NCBI GenBank assembly: GCA_025928345.1
Contig: JAICJR010000001.1
Location: 727 to 64,726, forward strand
Length of the DNA stretch: 64,000 nucleotides
From: Thermoleophilaceae bacterium
Lineage (GTDB): Bacteria; Actinomycetota; Thermoleophilia; Solirubrobacterales; Thermoleophilaceae
Direction of reading: 5' to 3'
Numbering within the stretch: position 1 is the first letter of the stretch; every line of letters begins with the position of its first letter. The translations under genes and the position numbers were made by a program. Shown one piece after another: positions 1 to 9,727 of the stretch. The notes under the pieces were generated by a model, which had not been told where the DNA came from, did not search any database, and saw nothing but the letters and a program-made list of their open reading frames with translations.

Positions 1-447
1 CAGCGCGACTACATAGCCGGGCTTGACGGTGAGCGGCCGCGGCAGGGCGAACGTTGGCGTCGAGCCGAAGTACTTGCTCAGGTCAAACGCGGGGCTGATG
101 CCCGTTACGCGGTAGCGGTTCTTCGTGCCCGGCTTGAGCACCGCGAGCTGCGCCTGCGGCGGGCTGCCGAACAGCTTGTTGAAGAAGTTGATGTCGCTCG
201 CCTTCGGCTTGCCGAGCGTGACGCTGAAGGCGACGACCTTGCCGCGGCGCTTGCGCGTGAACGGGTTCTTGGATGTGCCCTGCTGGACCTCGAAGCCAGT
301 GACCTGCCCGACCGCCTGGCAGTTCGCCGGACAGCTCACGGCCGGCGGCTGCGAGGTCTGGCCGAACTCGATCGGATGGTCGCCGAGCGCGATCGCCGCC
401 CCTGTCAGGGCGCCGATGATCGTGAGAATTGCTACGAGCCTCTTCAT
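1..447 (-). CDS. secreted hypothetical protein (N-terminal part; the CDS runs off the left edge of the window)
   Basis: Absent from the ORF track because no stop lies in the window. My translation of the minus strand from ATG (447..445) gives MKRLVAILTIIGALTGAAIALGDHPIEFGQTSQPPAVSCPANCQAVGQVTGFEVQQGTSKNPFTRKRRGKVVAFSVTLGKPKASDINFFNKLFGSPPQAQLAVLKPGTKNRYRVTG..., open to position 1. It has a signal-peptide-like N-terminus, balanced composition and G/C-rich third positions. The overlapping track ORFs 83..463(-) and 125..535(+) are Arg/Ala/Pro-rich by contrast. Confidence 0.6.
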   Translation of the reverse strand, partial: MKRLVAILTIIGALTGAAIALGDHPIEFGQTSQPPAVSCPANCQAVGQVTGFEVQQGTSKNPFTRKRRGKVVAFSVTLGKPKASDINFFNKLFGSPPQAQLAVLKPGTKNRYRVTGISPAFDLSKYFGSTPTFALPRPLTVKPGYVVAL

Positions 448-545
448 GCGTCAGGGAGTTCAACAGGCCTGCGGGCCTTTGGTTGCGCTCTTCTACTCGG
501 AAGCCGACTTCCCTGCGGCGCCATCACGCAACTGACGTAGTCGCC

Positions 546-776
546 CTACTTGTACCGGTAGGTGATGCGGCCGCGGTCGAGGTCGTACGGGGACAGCTCG
601 ATCTTGATCCGGTCACCCGGAAGGATGCGGATGTAGTGCCGCCGCATCTTCCCCGAGATGTGACCGAGCACCTCGTGCCCGTTGTCGAGCTTGACCTTGA
701 ACATCGTGTTGGGCAGGGCCTCGACGACCTCGCCCTCCATCTCGATCTTTTCTTCCTTCGGCAAACCGCTCGTCAT
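546..776 (-). CDS. infA: translation initiation factor IF-1
   Basis: The 76-aa product ...[66 protein letters not shown] is the canonical IF-1 S1-fold sequence. Confidence 0.95.
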   Translation of the reverse strand: MTSGLPKEEKIEMEGEVVEALPNTMFKVKLDNGHEVLGHISGKMRRHYIRILPGDRIKIELSPYDLDRGRITYRYK

Positions 777-814
777 GCTAGCCGCAGCCCGCGAGACATC
801 GCGGTGTGGCGCGG

Positions 815-1018
815 CTAGATCTTCCTGACGTTCACCGCCTTCGGGCCCTTGTCGCCGGCCTCCTCGTCGTAGGAGACCTTCGTGTTCTCCTCGAGCGACT
901 TGAAGCCGTTGCCCTCGATGCCGCTGTAGTGGACGAAGAGGTCGCGGTCGCCCTCATCGGGTGTGATGAAGCCGAAGCCTTTCTCGTCGTTGAACCACTT
1001 CACAGTACCGGTCGCCAT
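815..1018 (-). CDS. cspA: cold-shock protein (CspA family)
   Basis: [34 protein letters not shown]... carries the RNP1 and RNP2 motifs (KGFGFI, VFVHY-like). I start at the internal ATG at 1018 because AAGGAGGAAGGTGGGAG lies directly upstream. The track ORF starts 8 codons earlier. Confidence 0.93.
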   Translation of the reverse strand: MATGTVKWFNDEKGFGFITPDEGDRDLFVHYSGIEGNGFKSLEENTKVSYDEEAGDKGPKAVNVRKI

Positions 1019-1115
1019 CTCCCACCTTCCTCCTTCGTCCACTGCGCTGCCAGCGAAAACGTACCATCGATGCGGCGCTCAGAGCCAGCCCGCGACGCGG
1101 CGTTTTTTCGCGCAT

Positions 1116-1895
1116 CTAGCTGCCCTTGAAGGTGGCCTTTCCAGGGCCTTCGGAGAGGAACGAATCCACGGCCTTCTGAAGGTCTTCGGTGTCGAACAGC
1201 CCCGAGGCGATCTCGCGTATGCGGGCGTCGGCGCCGCGCGCCCCCTCGTCCATGCAGGCGCGCACGAGCCTCTTCGTCGCGGCGTGCGCGAGCGTCGGCC
1301 CGGCCGCCAGCTCGCGTGCGAACTTCATGGTCTCGTCCACCAGCTGGTCGTCCGGGAGCACGCGGTTCACCACGTTCCAGCGCTCGAGCGTGGCGGCGTC
1401 GAACAGCGCGCCGCTCATCACGAACTCGCGCGCTCGCGCAGGGCCCGCGCGCTCCGCCAGCCGCTGCGTTCCGCCGCCCGCCGGCGTGAGTCCCACCACC
1501 CTCTCCACCAATCCGAACTTCGCCGACTCGGAGGCGAAGATGAGATCGCAGCCGAGCGCGACCTCGAGTCCCCATGTGAGACAGAGCGCATGCACGCAGG
1601 CGACGCTCGGAACCGGCATGTCCTCGAGCCGGTGCACCACGCGCACGAGGCCCTGAAAGATCTCGTCGGCCTCGTCCGGCGTCTTGTCGTCGAAATGATT
1701 AACGTCCACGCCCCCGGTGAACGAGCGGCCCTCCGCGCGGAACACGATCGCGCGCACGCGCTCAGACTCGGCGCGATCGAGTGCCGACTCGAGATCGGCC
1801 TGGAGCTCCGGCGTCCAGAGGTTGAGCGGAGGCGAGTCCACGACGACGAGGCCGACGTCGCCGTCGCGCTCGAAGCGGACGTGCTGATCAGCCAC
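1116..1895 (-). CDS. enoyl-CoA hydratase/isomerase (crotonase) family protein
   Basis: The 259-aa product shows a crotonase-fold pattern: ...VVVDSPPLNLW..., FRAEGRSFTGGVDVNHF, ...ACVHALCLTWGLEVALGCDLIFA.... Confidence 0.85.
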   Translation of the reverse strand: MADQHVRFERDGDVGLVVVDSPPLNLWTPELQADLESALDRAESERVRAIVFRAEGRSFTGGVDVNHFDDKTPDEADEIFQGLVRVVHRLEDMPVPSVACVHALCLTWGLEVALGCDLIFASESAKFGLVERVVGLTPAGGGTQRLAERAGPARAREFVMSGALFDAATLERWNVVNRVLPDDQLVDETMKFARELAAGPTLAHAATKRLVRACMDEGARGADARIREIASGLFDTEDLQKAVDSFLSEGPGKATFKGS

Positions 1896-2298
1896 GCAGC
1901 TCGGCCGCGATCTTCGCCAGCTCGTCCTGGTCGACCTGCTGCGGCCGGGTGGGCAGCTGCAGCGGGTCGCCCTCGTAGCGCGGGATCGAGTGGATGTGGA
2001 AATGGAAGACGGTCTGCCAGCCAGCGGCGCCGCAGGAGTTGAGCAGGTTCACTCCGTCGCAGCCGAGGCGCTCCTTCTGCATGCGGGCGAGACGCTGGGC
2101 GCCTGCAGCGGTGGCCGCGAGATCCTGCTCCGAGATCTCGAGCAGATCGGTCGAGTGGTTGCGCGGAATGACGAGCGCGTGCCCGCGCGTCCACGGGTTG
2201 ATGTCCATGAACGCGACGGTCTCGTCCTCCTCCCACAGGAAGTGGGCCGGGATCTCGTGCGCAATGACCTTGCAGAAGATGCAGTTCGGATCGCTCAT
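1888..2298 (-). CDS. HIT (histidine triad) family nucleotide hydrolase
   Basis: MSDPNCIFCKVIAHEIPA... at the N-terminus and the histidine triad HFHIHSIP near the C-terminus. It overlaps the downstream crotonase gene by 8 nt. Confidence 0.9.
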   Translation of the reverse strand: MSDPNCIFCKVIAHEIPAHFLWEEDETVAFMDINPWTRGHALVIPRNHSTDLLEISEQDLAATAAGAQRLARMQKERLGCDGVNLLNSCGAAGWQTVFHFHIHSIPRYEGDPLQLPTRPQQVDQDELAKIAAELRG

Positions 2299-2319
2299 GC
2301 GGCGCGAGAGGTTATCGCG

Positions 2320-3294
2320 CTACAGCCATCCGACCTTCTTGAAGTACCTGTAGAGCCCCCCGCAGACGGTCAGCATCACGGCGAGCACGACGAAGTAGCT
2401 GTAGTGCCAGCGGAGCTCCGGCATGTAGTGGAAGTTCATGCCGTAGATGCCGGCGATCATCGTTGGCACCGCCGCGATCGCCACCCACGCGGAGATCTTC
2501 CGCATGTCGTCGTTCTGGCGGACGCTGACCTGCGTCAGGTTCGCTTCGAGCACGCTCGTGAGCATGTCGCGGAAGCCATCGAGCGTGCTCACGATCTTCA
2601 CGAGGTGGTCGTGAACGTCGCGGAAGTAGGACTGCACGTGCGGGTGGACAAGGAACTCGTAGTCGCCGCGCGCGAGCCTCTGCAGCGGCTCCATCAGCGG
2701 GGAGGTGGCCCTGTAGAAGTCGAGCACCTCGCCCTTGAGCTTGTAGATCCGCTCGGCCGGGTTCGCGCGCGACTCGGAGAACACCTGCTGCTCGATCTCG
2801 TCGATGTCGTTCTGCACGCCCTCGACCGCCGGGAAGTAGTCGTCCACCACGCGGTCGACGATCGCGTGCACGGCGGTGCCAGGGCCGCAGCGAAGCATCT
2901 CCGGGTCGCTCTCCATACGCTCGCGGACGCCCTTCAGGCTGCTGCCCTCGCCGTGGCGCACGGTCACGATGAAGTGCTCGCCGACGAACAGCATGATGTC
3001 CCCGAGCGTGATCACCTCGGTGGGATCGACGTAGCGCGCCGTCTTCAGCACCATGAAGACCGTCTCGCCGTAGGTCTCGATCTTTGGGCGCTGGTGGGCG
3101 TGGATCGCGTCCTCGACGGCGAGCGGATGCAGCTCGAACTCCCGCGCGACCGAGGCGAACTCCTCCTCCGTCGGCTCGTACAGGCCGATCCAGACGAAGG
3201 CGTTGTCGGCCTGCGCGGCGTCGAGGGCGTTCTCGAGCGGGACCGCGCCGTCGCGCCGCTCGCCGTTCTCGTACACAGCGCAGTCGATGATCAT
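2320..3294 (-). CDS. corA: CorA-family magnesium/cobalt transporter
   Basis: The C-terminus has YGMNFHYMPEL (GMN signature) followed by a hydrophobic helix. I start at MIIDCAVYENG (ATG at 3294), which forms an ATGA overlap with the stop of the upstream cca ORF. The 94 Arg-rich codons upstream in the track ORF look non-coding. Confidence 0.88.
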   Translation of the reverse strand: MIIDCAVYENGERRDGAVPLENALDAAQADNAFVWIGLYEPTEEEFASVAREFELHPLAVEDAIHAHQRPKIETYGETVFMVLKTARYVDPTEVITLGDIMLFVGEHFIVTVRHGEGSSLKGVRERMESDPEMLRCGPGTAVHAIVDRVVDDYFPAVEGVQNDIDEIEQQVFSESRANPAERIYKLKGEVLDFYRATSPLMEPLQRLARGDYEFLVHPHVQSYFRDVHDHLVKIVSTLDGFRDMLTSVLEANLTQVSVRQNDDMRKISAWVAIAAVPTMIAGIYGMNFHYMPELRWHYSYFVVLAVMLTVCGGLYRYFKKVGWL

Positions 3295-4751
3295 GGCGCC
3301 GGATTGTGCCGCAGCCGGCGGGCGAGATCGACCGCCTCCTCGCGCGTCTCGGCCTCGCCGGTGAAGCGCGCGAGGCGCAGGCGCTCGAGCAGCTCGCCCA
3401 GTTCGGGCCCGGGTTTGATGCCGAGCTCCTTCGCGAGCTCGCCGCCGCGCACCGCCGGCTCGGGCGGCGCGCTGCGCCACGCGAGCGCCTCGGCCATGAG
3501 CTCGCGCGCGAGGTCGAGGTGCGCGGCGATCGCCGCCTCCGCGTTCTTCCCGCGCGTGGCCATGCGGTCCGCGCACGTGAGCAGCGTCACCTCCACCTCC
3601 ACGGGCTGGCAGCGCTCGAGGTAGCGGTACACCAGGTCGCGCCCGAGGGGCCGCTCGTGCACGAGGAAGCCGAGCACGAGGTGGTGGCGCGTCACCCCCG
3701 CGAGGAGCTCGCGAAACTTTTCGCTCGTCCTGAGCCGGCGGCAGAGCGCGCGGATCATCTCCGCCCCCACCTTGTCGTGGCCGATGAACGTCACGCGGCC
3801 GTCCGGCCGGACGCCACGCGTAGCGGGCTTGCCGCAGTCATGGAGAAGCGCGGCGAAGCGGAGCGCCTGCCAGCCGCTGAGCTCGTCCGAGAACGGGGCG
3901 CGCATGATCTCGTCGAGTGGGTGAGCGAGCTTCCCGAACACGCTCTCCGGATCGCGCTCGATCGCGAGGTAGCAGCGCAGCACCTCGATCGTGTGGTCGT
4001 ACACGTCGAGGTGGTGGAAGTGGCTCTGCTCGACTTCTTTGAGCGCGTGCAGCTCCGGCAGCACCGTGGCGGTGAGGCCGACCTCGTCGCACAGCTCGAG
4101 GCCGTCGATCACGCGCTCGCTGGTGACGATGCGGCGGAGCTCACTAAAGACCCGCTCCGCCGCGGCCTTGGCGACGAGCGGTGCGGCTTCGCGGGTCAGG
4201 TGTCGGGTGTCGGGTGTCGGGTGCAGAGTGAGTTCTGTCGCCAGTCGCGCCATCCGCAGCGGCCTGAGGGGGTCGTCTGCGTATGCCGAGTGCTCCACGT
4301 CGGGGCCGCCCAGCACTCGTAGGCGGCGCTCCTCCAGATCCGGGATGCCTCCCTGTGGGTCGTGTGGCTCGCCCCCGTTCAGCGGGACGGCGATCGCGTT
4401 CACCGAGAAGTCGCGGCGCGCGAGGTCGGCCTCGATGCCGTCGCCGTGCACCGCTGTGACGTCGCAAGTCCACTCGCGGTTGGGGCTCATCGCGCGCCAC
4501 GCGCCGAAGGCCTCGGACAGCGCGAACACGGGGCCGCGCGCCGCCTGCGCCACCGCCTTCGCCACCTTCTCGGGATCGCCCTGCACCGCGAGGTCGAGGT
4601 CGTGGAGCGGGCGCCCGAGCAGCGCGTCGCGCACGGTCCCGCCGACGATCCACGCCTCGCCCGCCGGGCCATCCGCGAGCGCCGCGCGCGCCACCTGCAG
4701 CGCCGGCGCCGCCTCCAGCCGCGCGTTCAGCTCGCCGCCGCCGAGCGCCAT
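3291..4751 (-). CDS. cca: CCA-adding tRNA nucleotidyltransferase / poly(A) polymerase family protein with HD domain
   Basis: The N-terminus has the GGTVRDALLGRPLHDLDLAV nucleotidyltransferase head motif. LLHDCGKP and further HD-domain elements lie in the C-terminal half. The start is uncertain because it overlaps the alr 3' end by 25 nt. Confidence 0.85.
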   Translation of the reverse strand: MALGGGELNARLEAAPALQVARAALADGPAGEAWIVGGTVRDALLGRPLHDLDLAVQGDPEKVAKAVAQAARGPVFALSEAFGAWRAMSPNREWTCDVTAVHGDGIEADLARRDFSVNAIAVPLNGGEPHDPQGGIPDLEERRLRVLGGPDVEHSAYADDPLRPLRMARLATELTLHPTPDTRHLTREAAPLVAKAAAERVFSELRRIVTSERVIDGLELCDEVGLTATVLPELHALKEVEQSHFHHLDVYDHTIEVLRCYLAIERDPESVFGKLAHPLDEIMRAPFSDELSGWQALRFAALLHDCGKPATRGVRPDGRVTFIGHDKVGAEMIRALCRRLRTSEKFRELLAGVTRHHLVLGFLVHERPLGRDLVYRYLERCQPVEVEVTLLTCADRMATRGKNAEAAIAAHLDLARELMAEALAWRSAPPEPAVRGGELAKELGIKPGPELGELLERLRLARFTGEAETREEAVDLARRLRHNPAP

Positions 4752-5854
4752 TGCCTGCGCACCCGCGCGCTGAGCCCGCAGGTGACCTCGTAGTTGATCG
4801 TGCCGATCCGCTCGGCCACCTCCTCGCAGAGGATGCGCTCGCCGCCCTGCGCGCCGATCAGCACCGCCGGCTCGCCCGGCTCCACGTCCGTCTCGGTGCC
4901 GAGCTCGATCGTGATGTTGTCCATGCTGATCGTCCCGATCAGCGGATGCCGGCGCCCGCGCACAAGCACGTCGCAGTTGTTCGACAGCGCGCGCCGCCAG
5001 CCGTCGCCGTAGCCGATCGGGACGGTGCCCACCCAGGTGGGCTCGCTTGCGCTCCAGCGGCGGCCGTAGCCCGCGCTCTCGCCCGGCTCGAAGCGCTTGA
5101 CCGTCGCGAGGTACGAGCTGAGCGCCAGCGCCGGCTCAAGGCCGCGCCCGGCTGGATCGCGCTGGAAGGGATCGAGTCCGTAGATGGCCACGCCGCAGCG
5201 CACCATGTCGAAGTGAGCGTCGCTGTCGCGGAACGTGGCGGCGCTGTTCGCCGCGTGCACCACGATCTCCGGATGCGCCTGCTTCAGCTCACGGGCGAAC
5301 GGGGTGAAGGACTCGAGCTGCGCGGGGAAGTGGTCGTCGCCCTCCTCGTCCGCGGTGGCGAAGTGCGTCATCGCCCCGGCCAGCTTGAGCCGCTCGTCGG
5401 CCAGCGCGAGATCGGCCACGGCGCGCGCCTCCGACACGTCCTTCGTCCCGAGCCGCCCCATCCCGGTGTCCAGCTTCACGTGAACGTTCACCGGCACGGT
5501 GCCGGGCGTGTGGAGCTCCGCGAGCGCGCGAGCAAAGCGTGCGTCCCACACCACGACGTCGGCCACCGCCTCCACCGCCACCTTCGCATCCTCGTGCGTA
5601 AGCGCTCCCATCACGAGGATGCGCGTGTCGATCCCGTGGCGGCGCAGCTCGGCCGCCTCGCCCGCCGTGGCCACCGCCAGCCACTCCGCCCCGCCCGCCA
5701 GCGCCGCCTTCGCGCACCACACATCGCCGTGGCCGTAGGCGTCGGCCTTCACCACCGCGCAGAGGCGCGCCCCGCCGCCGAGCAGCGAGCGCAGATGCGC
5801 GCAGTTGCGCTCGATCGCGCCGAGGTCGATCGCGGCGAGCGCGCGCTCAACCAT
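4727..5854 (-). CDS. alr: alanine racemase
   Basis: The PLP-lysine motif AVVKADAYGHG lies near the N-terminus. The length (375 aa) is typical, and the C-terminal region ...VPIGYGDGW... is conserved. Confidence 0.92.
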   Translation of the reverse strand: MVERALAAIDLGAIERNCAHLRSLLGGGARLCAVVKADAYGHGDVWCAKAALAGGAEWLAVATAGEAAELRRHGIDTRILVMGALTHEDAKVAVEAVADVVVWDARFARALAELHTPGTVPVNVHVKLDTGMGRLGTKDVSEARAVADLALADERLKLAGAMTHFATADEEGDDHFPAQLESFTPFARELKQAHPEIVVHAANSAATFRDSDAHFDMVRCGVAIYGLDPFQRDPAGRGLEPALALSSYLATVKRFEPGESAGYGRRWSASEPTWVGTVPIGYGDGWRRALSNNCDVLVRGRRHPLIGTISMDNITIELGTETDVEPGEPAVLIGAQGGERILCEEVAERIGTINYEVTCGLSARVRRQWRSAAAS

Positions 5855-7379
5855 CGTGTCCCCGCAGCTCGCGCATCGCCTCGGGAATCGCGTCGATCAC
5901 GTCTCCCGCGATCACGTGGTCCGCGCCGAGCCGCCGCGCTGCCGCCTGGCCCGCGCGCGCATGGGCGAGCACGCCCGCGGCGGCGGCTTCGAACGCGCTC
6001 AGCCCCTTTGCGAGAAACGCGCCCACGATCCCGGACAGCACGTCGCCCGTGCCGGCGGTGGCGAGTGCCGGCGTTGCGCCGGGGCTGATCGCCACCGGGC
6101 CACCCGGGGCGGCAACGATCGAGTCGTCCCCCTTGAGCACCACCACGCAGCCGCTCTGCTCCGCGGCGGCGCGCGCGCACGCGAGCCGGTGTGCCGCCAC
6201 CTCGTCCGAGCTCGTGTCGAGCAGCCGCGACAGCTCGCCCGCGTGCGGGGTGAGCACCGTCGGCCCCGGCCGCCCCTGCAGGAGGTCGAGCCGGCCGGCG
6301 TGCGCGTTCAGCCCGTCGGCGTCGATTAGCAGCGGCTTGTCGACGTTCTGCGCCACCGCGCGCGCGAACTCGAGCGCCTGATCCGTGCGTCCCACTCCGG
6401 GCCCGAGGACGAGAGAGCCGGCTCGCTCCGCCAGCTCTGCGATCTCGTCGAGCCCGGCGGGCGTGTGTCCGCCATCCTCCTCCGGAAGGGCGCGCGTCAT
6501 GCCCTCGAGCAGCTTGAGCTGTAGCACCGGCTGAGCCGACCGCGGCACGGCCACCTGCACGTAGCCGGCGCCGGCGCGCTGCGCCGAGAGCGCCGCCATC
6601 GTGGGCGCGCCGGTGAGGCCCGCCGAGCCGCCGACCACCACGACGGTCCCGGACTGGAACTTCGACCCGTCGCGCGCGCGGCGCGGCACGAGCTCCACCA
6701 CACGATCGGCGATCAGCCCAGCGGCCGCAGGCTCCGGCGCGCCGCGCGGGATGCCTATCTCCACCACCTCCACCTCGCCGGCGAGCTCCTTGCCAGGGTT
6801 CACCTGCAGGCCGATCTTCGAGCCGTGGAAGGTGGCCGTGGCGTCCCCGCGCACGGCGTCGCCATGCACCTCGCCGCTCGATGCGTCCACCCCCGAAGGC
6901 ACGTCGCACGCCACCACGGGGGCGTCCACCTCGTTGATCGCGCGGATCGCGCCCGCCACCGGCTCGCGCGGCTCGCCCGAGAAGCCGGTGCCGAGCAGCG
7001 CGTCCACCAGCACGCTCGAGCCCGCGAGCGCGCCCGCCTCAAACGGCCGCGGCGGTTCGCCGGGGAGCCGCTCGAGGTTCACTCGGGCGTCGCCCTTCAG
7101 GTCCGCCGGATCGCCCACGGCGAGCACGTCCACGAGCATGCCGTCCTCGCGCAGGATGCGCGCAGCCACGAGCCCGTCGCCGCCGTTGTTGCCCTTCCCG
7201 ATCACGATCCGCACCGGGCCTGCGCCTCGCGCGTAAGCGGCGCTCACCCGCGCAAGCCCGATGCCGGCGCGCTCCATGAGGTCGATCCCCGGCACGCCCT
7301 GCTGCTCGATCGCCCAGCCGTCGACGGCGCGCATCTCCGCCGCCTCGTAGACGGGATCGAGCCACTGCGGGAGCGTCAT
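5847..7379 (-). CDS. nnr: bifunctional NAD(P)H-hydrate repair enzyme (epimerase / ADP-dependent dehydratase), YjeF/Nnr
   Basis: The 510-aa two-domain protein has an N-terminal YjeF_N pattern (GKGNNGGDGLVAAR) and a C-terminal carbohydrate-kinase-like pattern (GPGVG..., TAGTGDVLSG). Confidence 0.9.
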   Translation of the reverse strand: MTLPQWLDPVYEAAEMRAVDGWAIEQQGVPGIDLMERAGIGLARVSAAYARGAGPVRIVIGKGNNGGDGLVAARILREDGMLVDVLAVGDPADLKGDARVNLERLPGEPPRPFEAGALAGSSVLVDALLGTGFSGEPREPVAGAIRAINEVDAPVVACDVPSGVDASSGEVHGDAVRGDATATFHGSKIGLQVNPGKELAGEVEVVEIGIPRGAPEPAAAGLIADRVVELVPRRARDGSKFQSGTVVVVGGSAGLTGAPTMAALSAQRAGAGYVQVAVPRSAQPVLQLKLLEGMTRALPEEDGGHTPAGLDEIAELAERAGSLVLGPGVGRTDQALEFARAVAQNVDKPLLIDADGLNAHAGRLDLLQGRPGPTVLTPHAGELSRLLDTSSDEVAAHRLACARAAAEQSGCVVVLKGDDSIVAAPGGPVAISPGATPALATAGTGDVLSGIVGAFLAKGLSAFEAAAAGVLAHARAGQAAARRLGADHVIAGDVIDAIPEAMRELRGHDG

Positions 7380-7729
7380 CGCAGCAGCGCCACGGCGCCG
7401 GCCGTGGTGTCCGTGTGCGTGAGCGACACCACAGGCTGCGCGCCCAGCTCCCGCGCCCGCTTCGCCACCGAGCCACTGAGCCGCACCTCGGGCGCGCCGC
7501 CCGTGGCCACCACCTCGACCTCGCGGAAGTTCCAGCCCTCCATGCCGAGCGCCTTGGCCACGGCCTCCTTCGCGCAGAAGCGCGCGGCGAGATGCCGCGC
7601 CGGGCGCGCGTGCCGCGCCGCGTATTCGAGCTCCTGCTCGCTGAACAGCCGCTGCGCCAGCCGCGGCCGGCGCTCGAGCGCGCGCTCCAGACGCTCGATG
7701 TCGAGAAGGTCGAGCCCGATTCCGCTCAT
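7376..7729 (-). CDS. acpS: holo-[acyl-carrier-protein] synthase
   Basis: The 117-aa product starts MSGIGLDLLDIERLERAL... and contains ...AAKEAVAKALG.... It overlaps nnr by 4 nt. Confidence 0.9.
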   Translation of the reverse strand: MSGIGLDLLDIERLERALERRPRLAQRLFSEQELEYAARHARPARHLAARFCAKEAVAKALGMEGWNFREVEVVATGGAPEVRLSGSVAKRARELGAQPVVSLTHTDTTAGAVALLR

Positions 7730-7754
7730 GAGCGGAGCGTACGGGACCCCGCGG

Positions 7755-9614
7755 CTATTCGACCGTAACCGTCTTCGCCAGATTCCGCGGCTGGTCCACG
7801 TTGAGCCCGCGAGCGCGCGCGATGTAGTACGCGAGCAGCTGCAGCGGGATCACCGCGAGGATCGGCTGAAGCAGCCAGTCGGTGCGCGGCACGGTGACGA
7901 GCTCCTCCACGTGCATCGACACGTCGGGGTTGCCCTCGGTCGCCACCGCGATCACGTGCGCGCCGCGCGCCCGCACCTCGGCCACGTTCGACAGCACCTT
8001 GTCGAGCACCGGCGAGTCCGTGGCCACGCACACCACCGGGGTCTGCTCGTCGAGCAGCGCGATCGGGCCGTGCTTCATCTCGCCGGCCGCGTACGCGTCC
8101 GTGGGGATGTAGGAGATCTCCTTCAGCTTGAGCGCGCCCTCGAGGCACACCGGCAGCCCCACATGCCGCCCCAGGTAGAGGAAGAAGTCGGACTTCGACC
8201 AGCGCGACGCGATCTCGCGCACGGGCTCGTCCACGTGCTCGAGCAGCTCGCTGATGAGGTGAGGCAGGCGCTTGATCTCCTGGGCGAGCTCCGCCGCCCG
8301 CTCCGGCGGCAGCGTGCCGCGCACCTGCGCGAGCTTGATGCCGAGCAGGTACATCACCGCCACCTGCGACACGAACGTCTTCGTCGCGGCCACTCCGATC
8401 TCGAGCCCCGCGCGGGTGAAGAGCACACCGTCCGCGTCGCGCGTGGCCTGGCTGCCCATCACATTCGTCACGCCGATCACCTTCGCGCCGCTCTGGCGCG
8501 CCAGCCGCATCGCCGCGAGCGTGTCGGCGGTCTCGCCGGATTGCGTGATGCCCACCACGAGGTCGTGCTCGCCCAGCACCGGGTTGCGGTAGCGGAACTC
8601 GGACGCGATGTCGAGCTCCACCGGCACGCGCGCCCACTCCTCGATCGCGTAGCGCCCCACGAGCCCCGCGTGGTACGACGTGCCGCACGCCACCACCGCT
8701 ATGCGGCGCAGGCTGCGCAGCTCGTCGTCGGACACGCCGATGTCGCCGAGCTCGACGAGGTCGCCGGGCACGCGGTCGAAGATCGTCTCGGCCACCGCGT
8801 CCGCCTGCTCGTGGATCTCCTTGAGCATGAAGGTCTCGTAGCCGCCCTTCTCGGCGGCGCTCTCGTCCCAGTCGATCTCCGCGGTGTCCCGCTCGAGCGG
8901 CGTGCCGGCGGCGTCCATGAACGCGGTCGAGCCCGGCCGCAGCACCACGATCTCGTCGTCGTTCAGGTACTGCACGGTGCGCGTTTCGGCGAGGAAGGCC
9001 GGGATGGCGGAGGCGATGAACGACTCGGCGTCCGAGACGCCTACGACGAGCGGGCACTCCTTGCGTGCGCCCACGAGCACGTCCGGCTCGTCGGCCGCCA
9101 TGGCGACGAAGGCGTAGTGGCCGCGGAGCTCGTTGTAAGCGAGCCGGACCGCCTCCACCAAGTCGCCGTCGTAGTGCGACGAGATCAGGTGAGCAACCAC
9201 CTCGGCATCGGTGTCCGAGGTGAACTCGGCGCCTTCCGCCACGAGGCGCTCGCGGAGCGCAACGTGGTTCTCCACGATGCCGTTGAGGACGATGTGGATG
9301 CGGTCGCCGGTGTCGAAGTGGGGATGGGCGTTCGCCTCGCATACTCGACCGTGCGTGGCCCAGCGCGTGTGCCCGATGCCGATCGTGGGCTCCGCAGTGG
9401 CGGTGGCCACCGCGCCGGCCTCGTGGCGCGCTTGCGCCTCCACCGCCTCGCGGAGGAACGACAGGTTCCCCACCGCGCGCACGGACTCGATCCGGTCATC
9501 CGCCAGAAGCGAGAGGCCGGCGGAGTCGTAGCCGCGGTACTCGAGCTTCTCCAGGCCCTGAAGCAGCAGCTCCCTGCACGGCCGCTTGCCTACGTAACCG
9601 ACGATTCCGCACAT
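7755..9614 (-). CDS. glmS: glutamine--fructose-6-phosphate aminotransferase (isomerizing)
   Basis: MCGIVGYVG gives the N-terminal Cys nucleophile. Two SIS domains follow, and the C-terminus ends ...LAKTVTVE. An AGGAGGTG ribosome-binding site lies upstream. Confidence 0.97.
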   Translation of the reverse strand: MCGIVGYVGKRPCRELLLQGLEKLEYRGYDSAGLSLLADDRIESVRAVGNLSFLREAVEAQARHEAGAVATATAEPTIGIGHTRWATHGRVCEANAHPHFDTGDRIHIVLNGIVENHVALRERLVAEGAEFTSDTDAEVVAHLISSHYDGDLVEAVRLAYNELRGHYAFVAMAADEPDVLVGARKECPLVVGVSDAESFIASAIPAFLAETRTVQYLNDDEIVVLRPGSTAFMDAAGTPLERDTAEIDWDESAAEKGGYETFMLKEIHEQADAVAETIFDRVPGDLVELGDIGVSDDELRSLRRIAVVACGTSYHAGLVGRYAIEEWARVPVELDIASEFRYRNPVLGEHDLVVGITQSGETADTLAAMRLARQSGAKVIGVTNVMGSQATRDADGVLFTRAGLEIGVAATKTFVSQVAVMYLLGIKLAQVRGTLPPERAAELAQEIKRLPHLISELLEHVDEPVREIASRWSKSDFFLYLGRHVGLPVCLEGALKLKEISYIPTDAYAAGEMKHGPIALLDEQTPVVCVATDSPVLDKVLSNVAEVRARGAHVIAVATEGNPDVSMHVEELVTVPRTDWLLQPILAVIPLQLLAYYIARARGLNVDQPRNLAKTVTVE

Positions 9615-9637
9615 GCGCTGTCACCTCCTAAGGGACG

Positions 9638-9660
9638 GAAAAAGCCGCGCTGGAGGCGGC
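9638..9660 (-). terminator. candidate intrinsic terminator after mntH
   Basis: The minus strand reads GCCGC-CUCCAGC-GCGGC followed by UUUUU. This sits between the mntH stop (9728) and the glmS ribosome-binding site. The stem is only 5 bp, so the call is weak. Confidence 0.35.
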
Positions 9661-9727
9661 CTCATGAACGCCCCTTGCAAGGGCGAAATCGATGGTATCA
9701 GCGCTTTTCCGCGCCGACGACGGACGG

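Noticed and set aside
83-535. Track ORFs 83..463(-) and 125..535(+) at the left edge
   Set aside because: Their composition is shadow-like. A third frame on the minus strand (1..447), not listed in the track, gives a signal peptide and a normal protein sequence. I adopted that frame instead.
1080-1112. GC palindrome CCGCGACGCGG followed by TTTTTT on the plus strand, between the crotonase stop and the csp start
   Set aside because: The U-tract is on the plus strand, where no real gene ends. On the coding (minus) strand it is an A-tract preceding the palindrome. It may be part of the csp 5' UTR, but I cannot assign a function.
9615-9727. Possible glmS ribozyme in the leader of glmS
   Set aside because: Only about 113 nt separate glmS from mntH. 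I cannot find the conserved glmS ribozyme core, and the visible hairpin plus U5 is better explained as the mntH terminator followed by the glmS ribosome-binding site. cmsearch with RF00234 would settle it.
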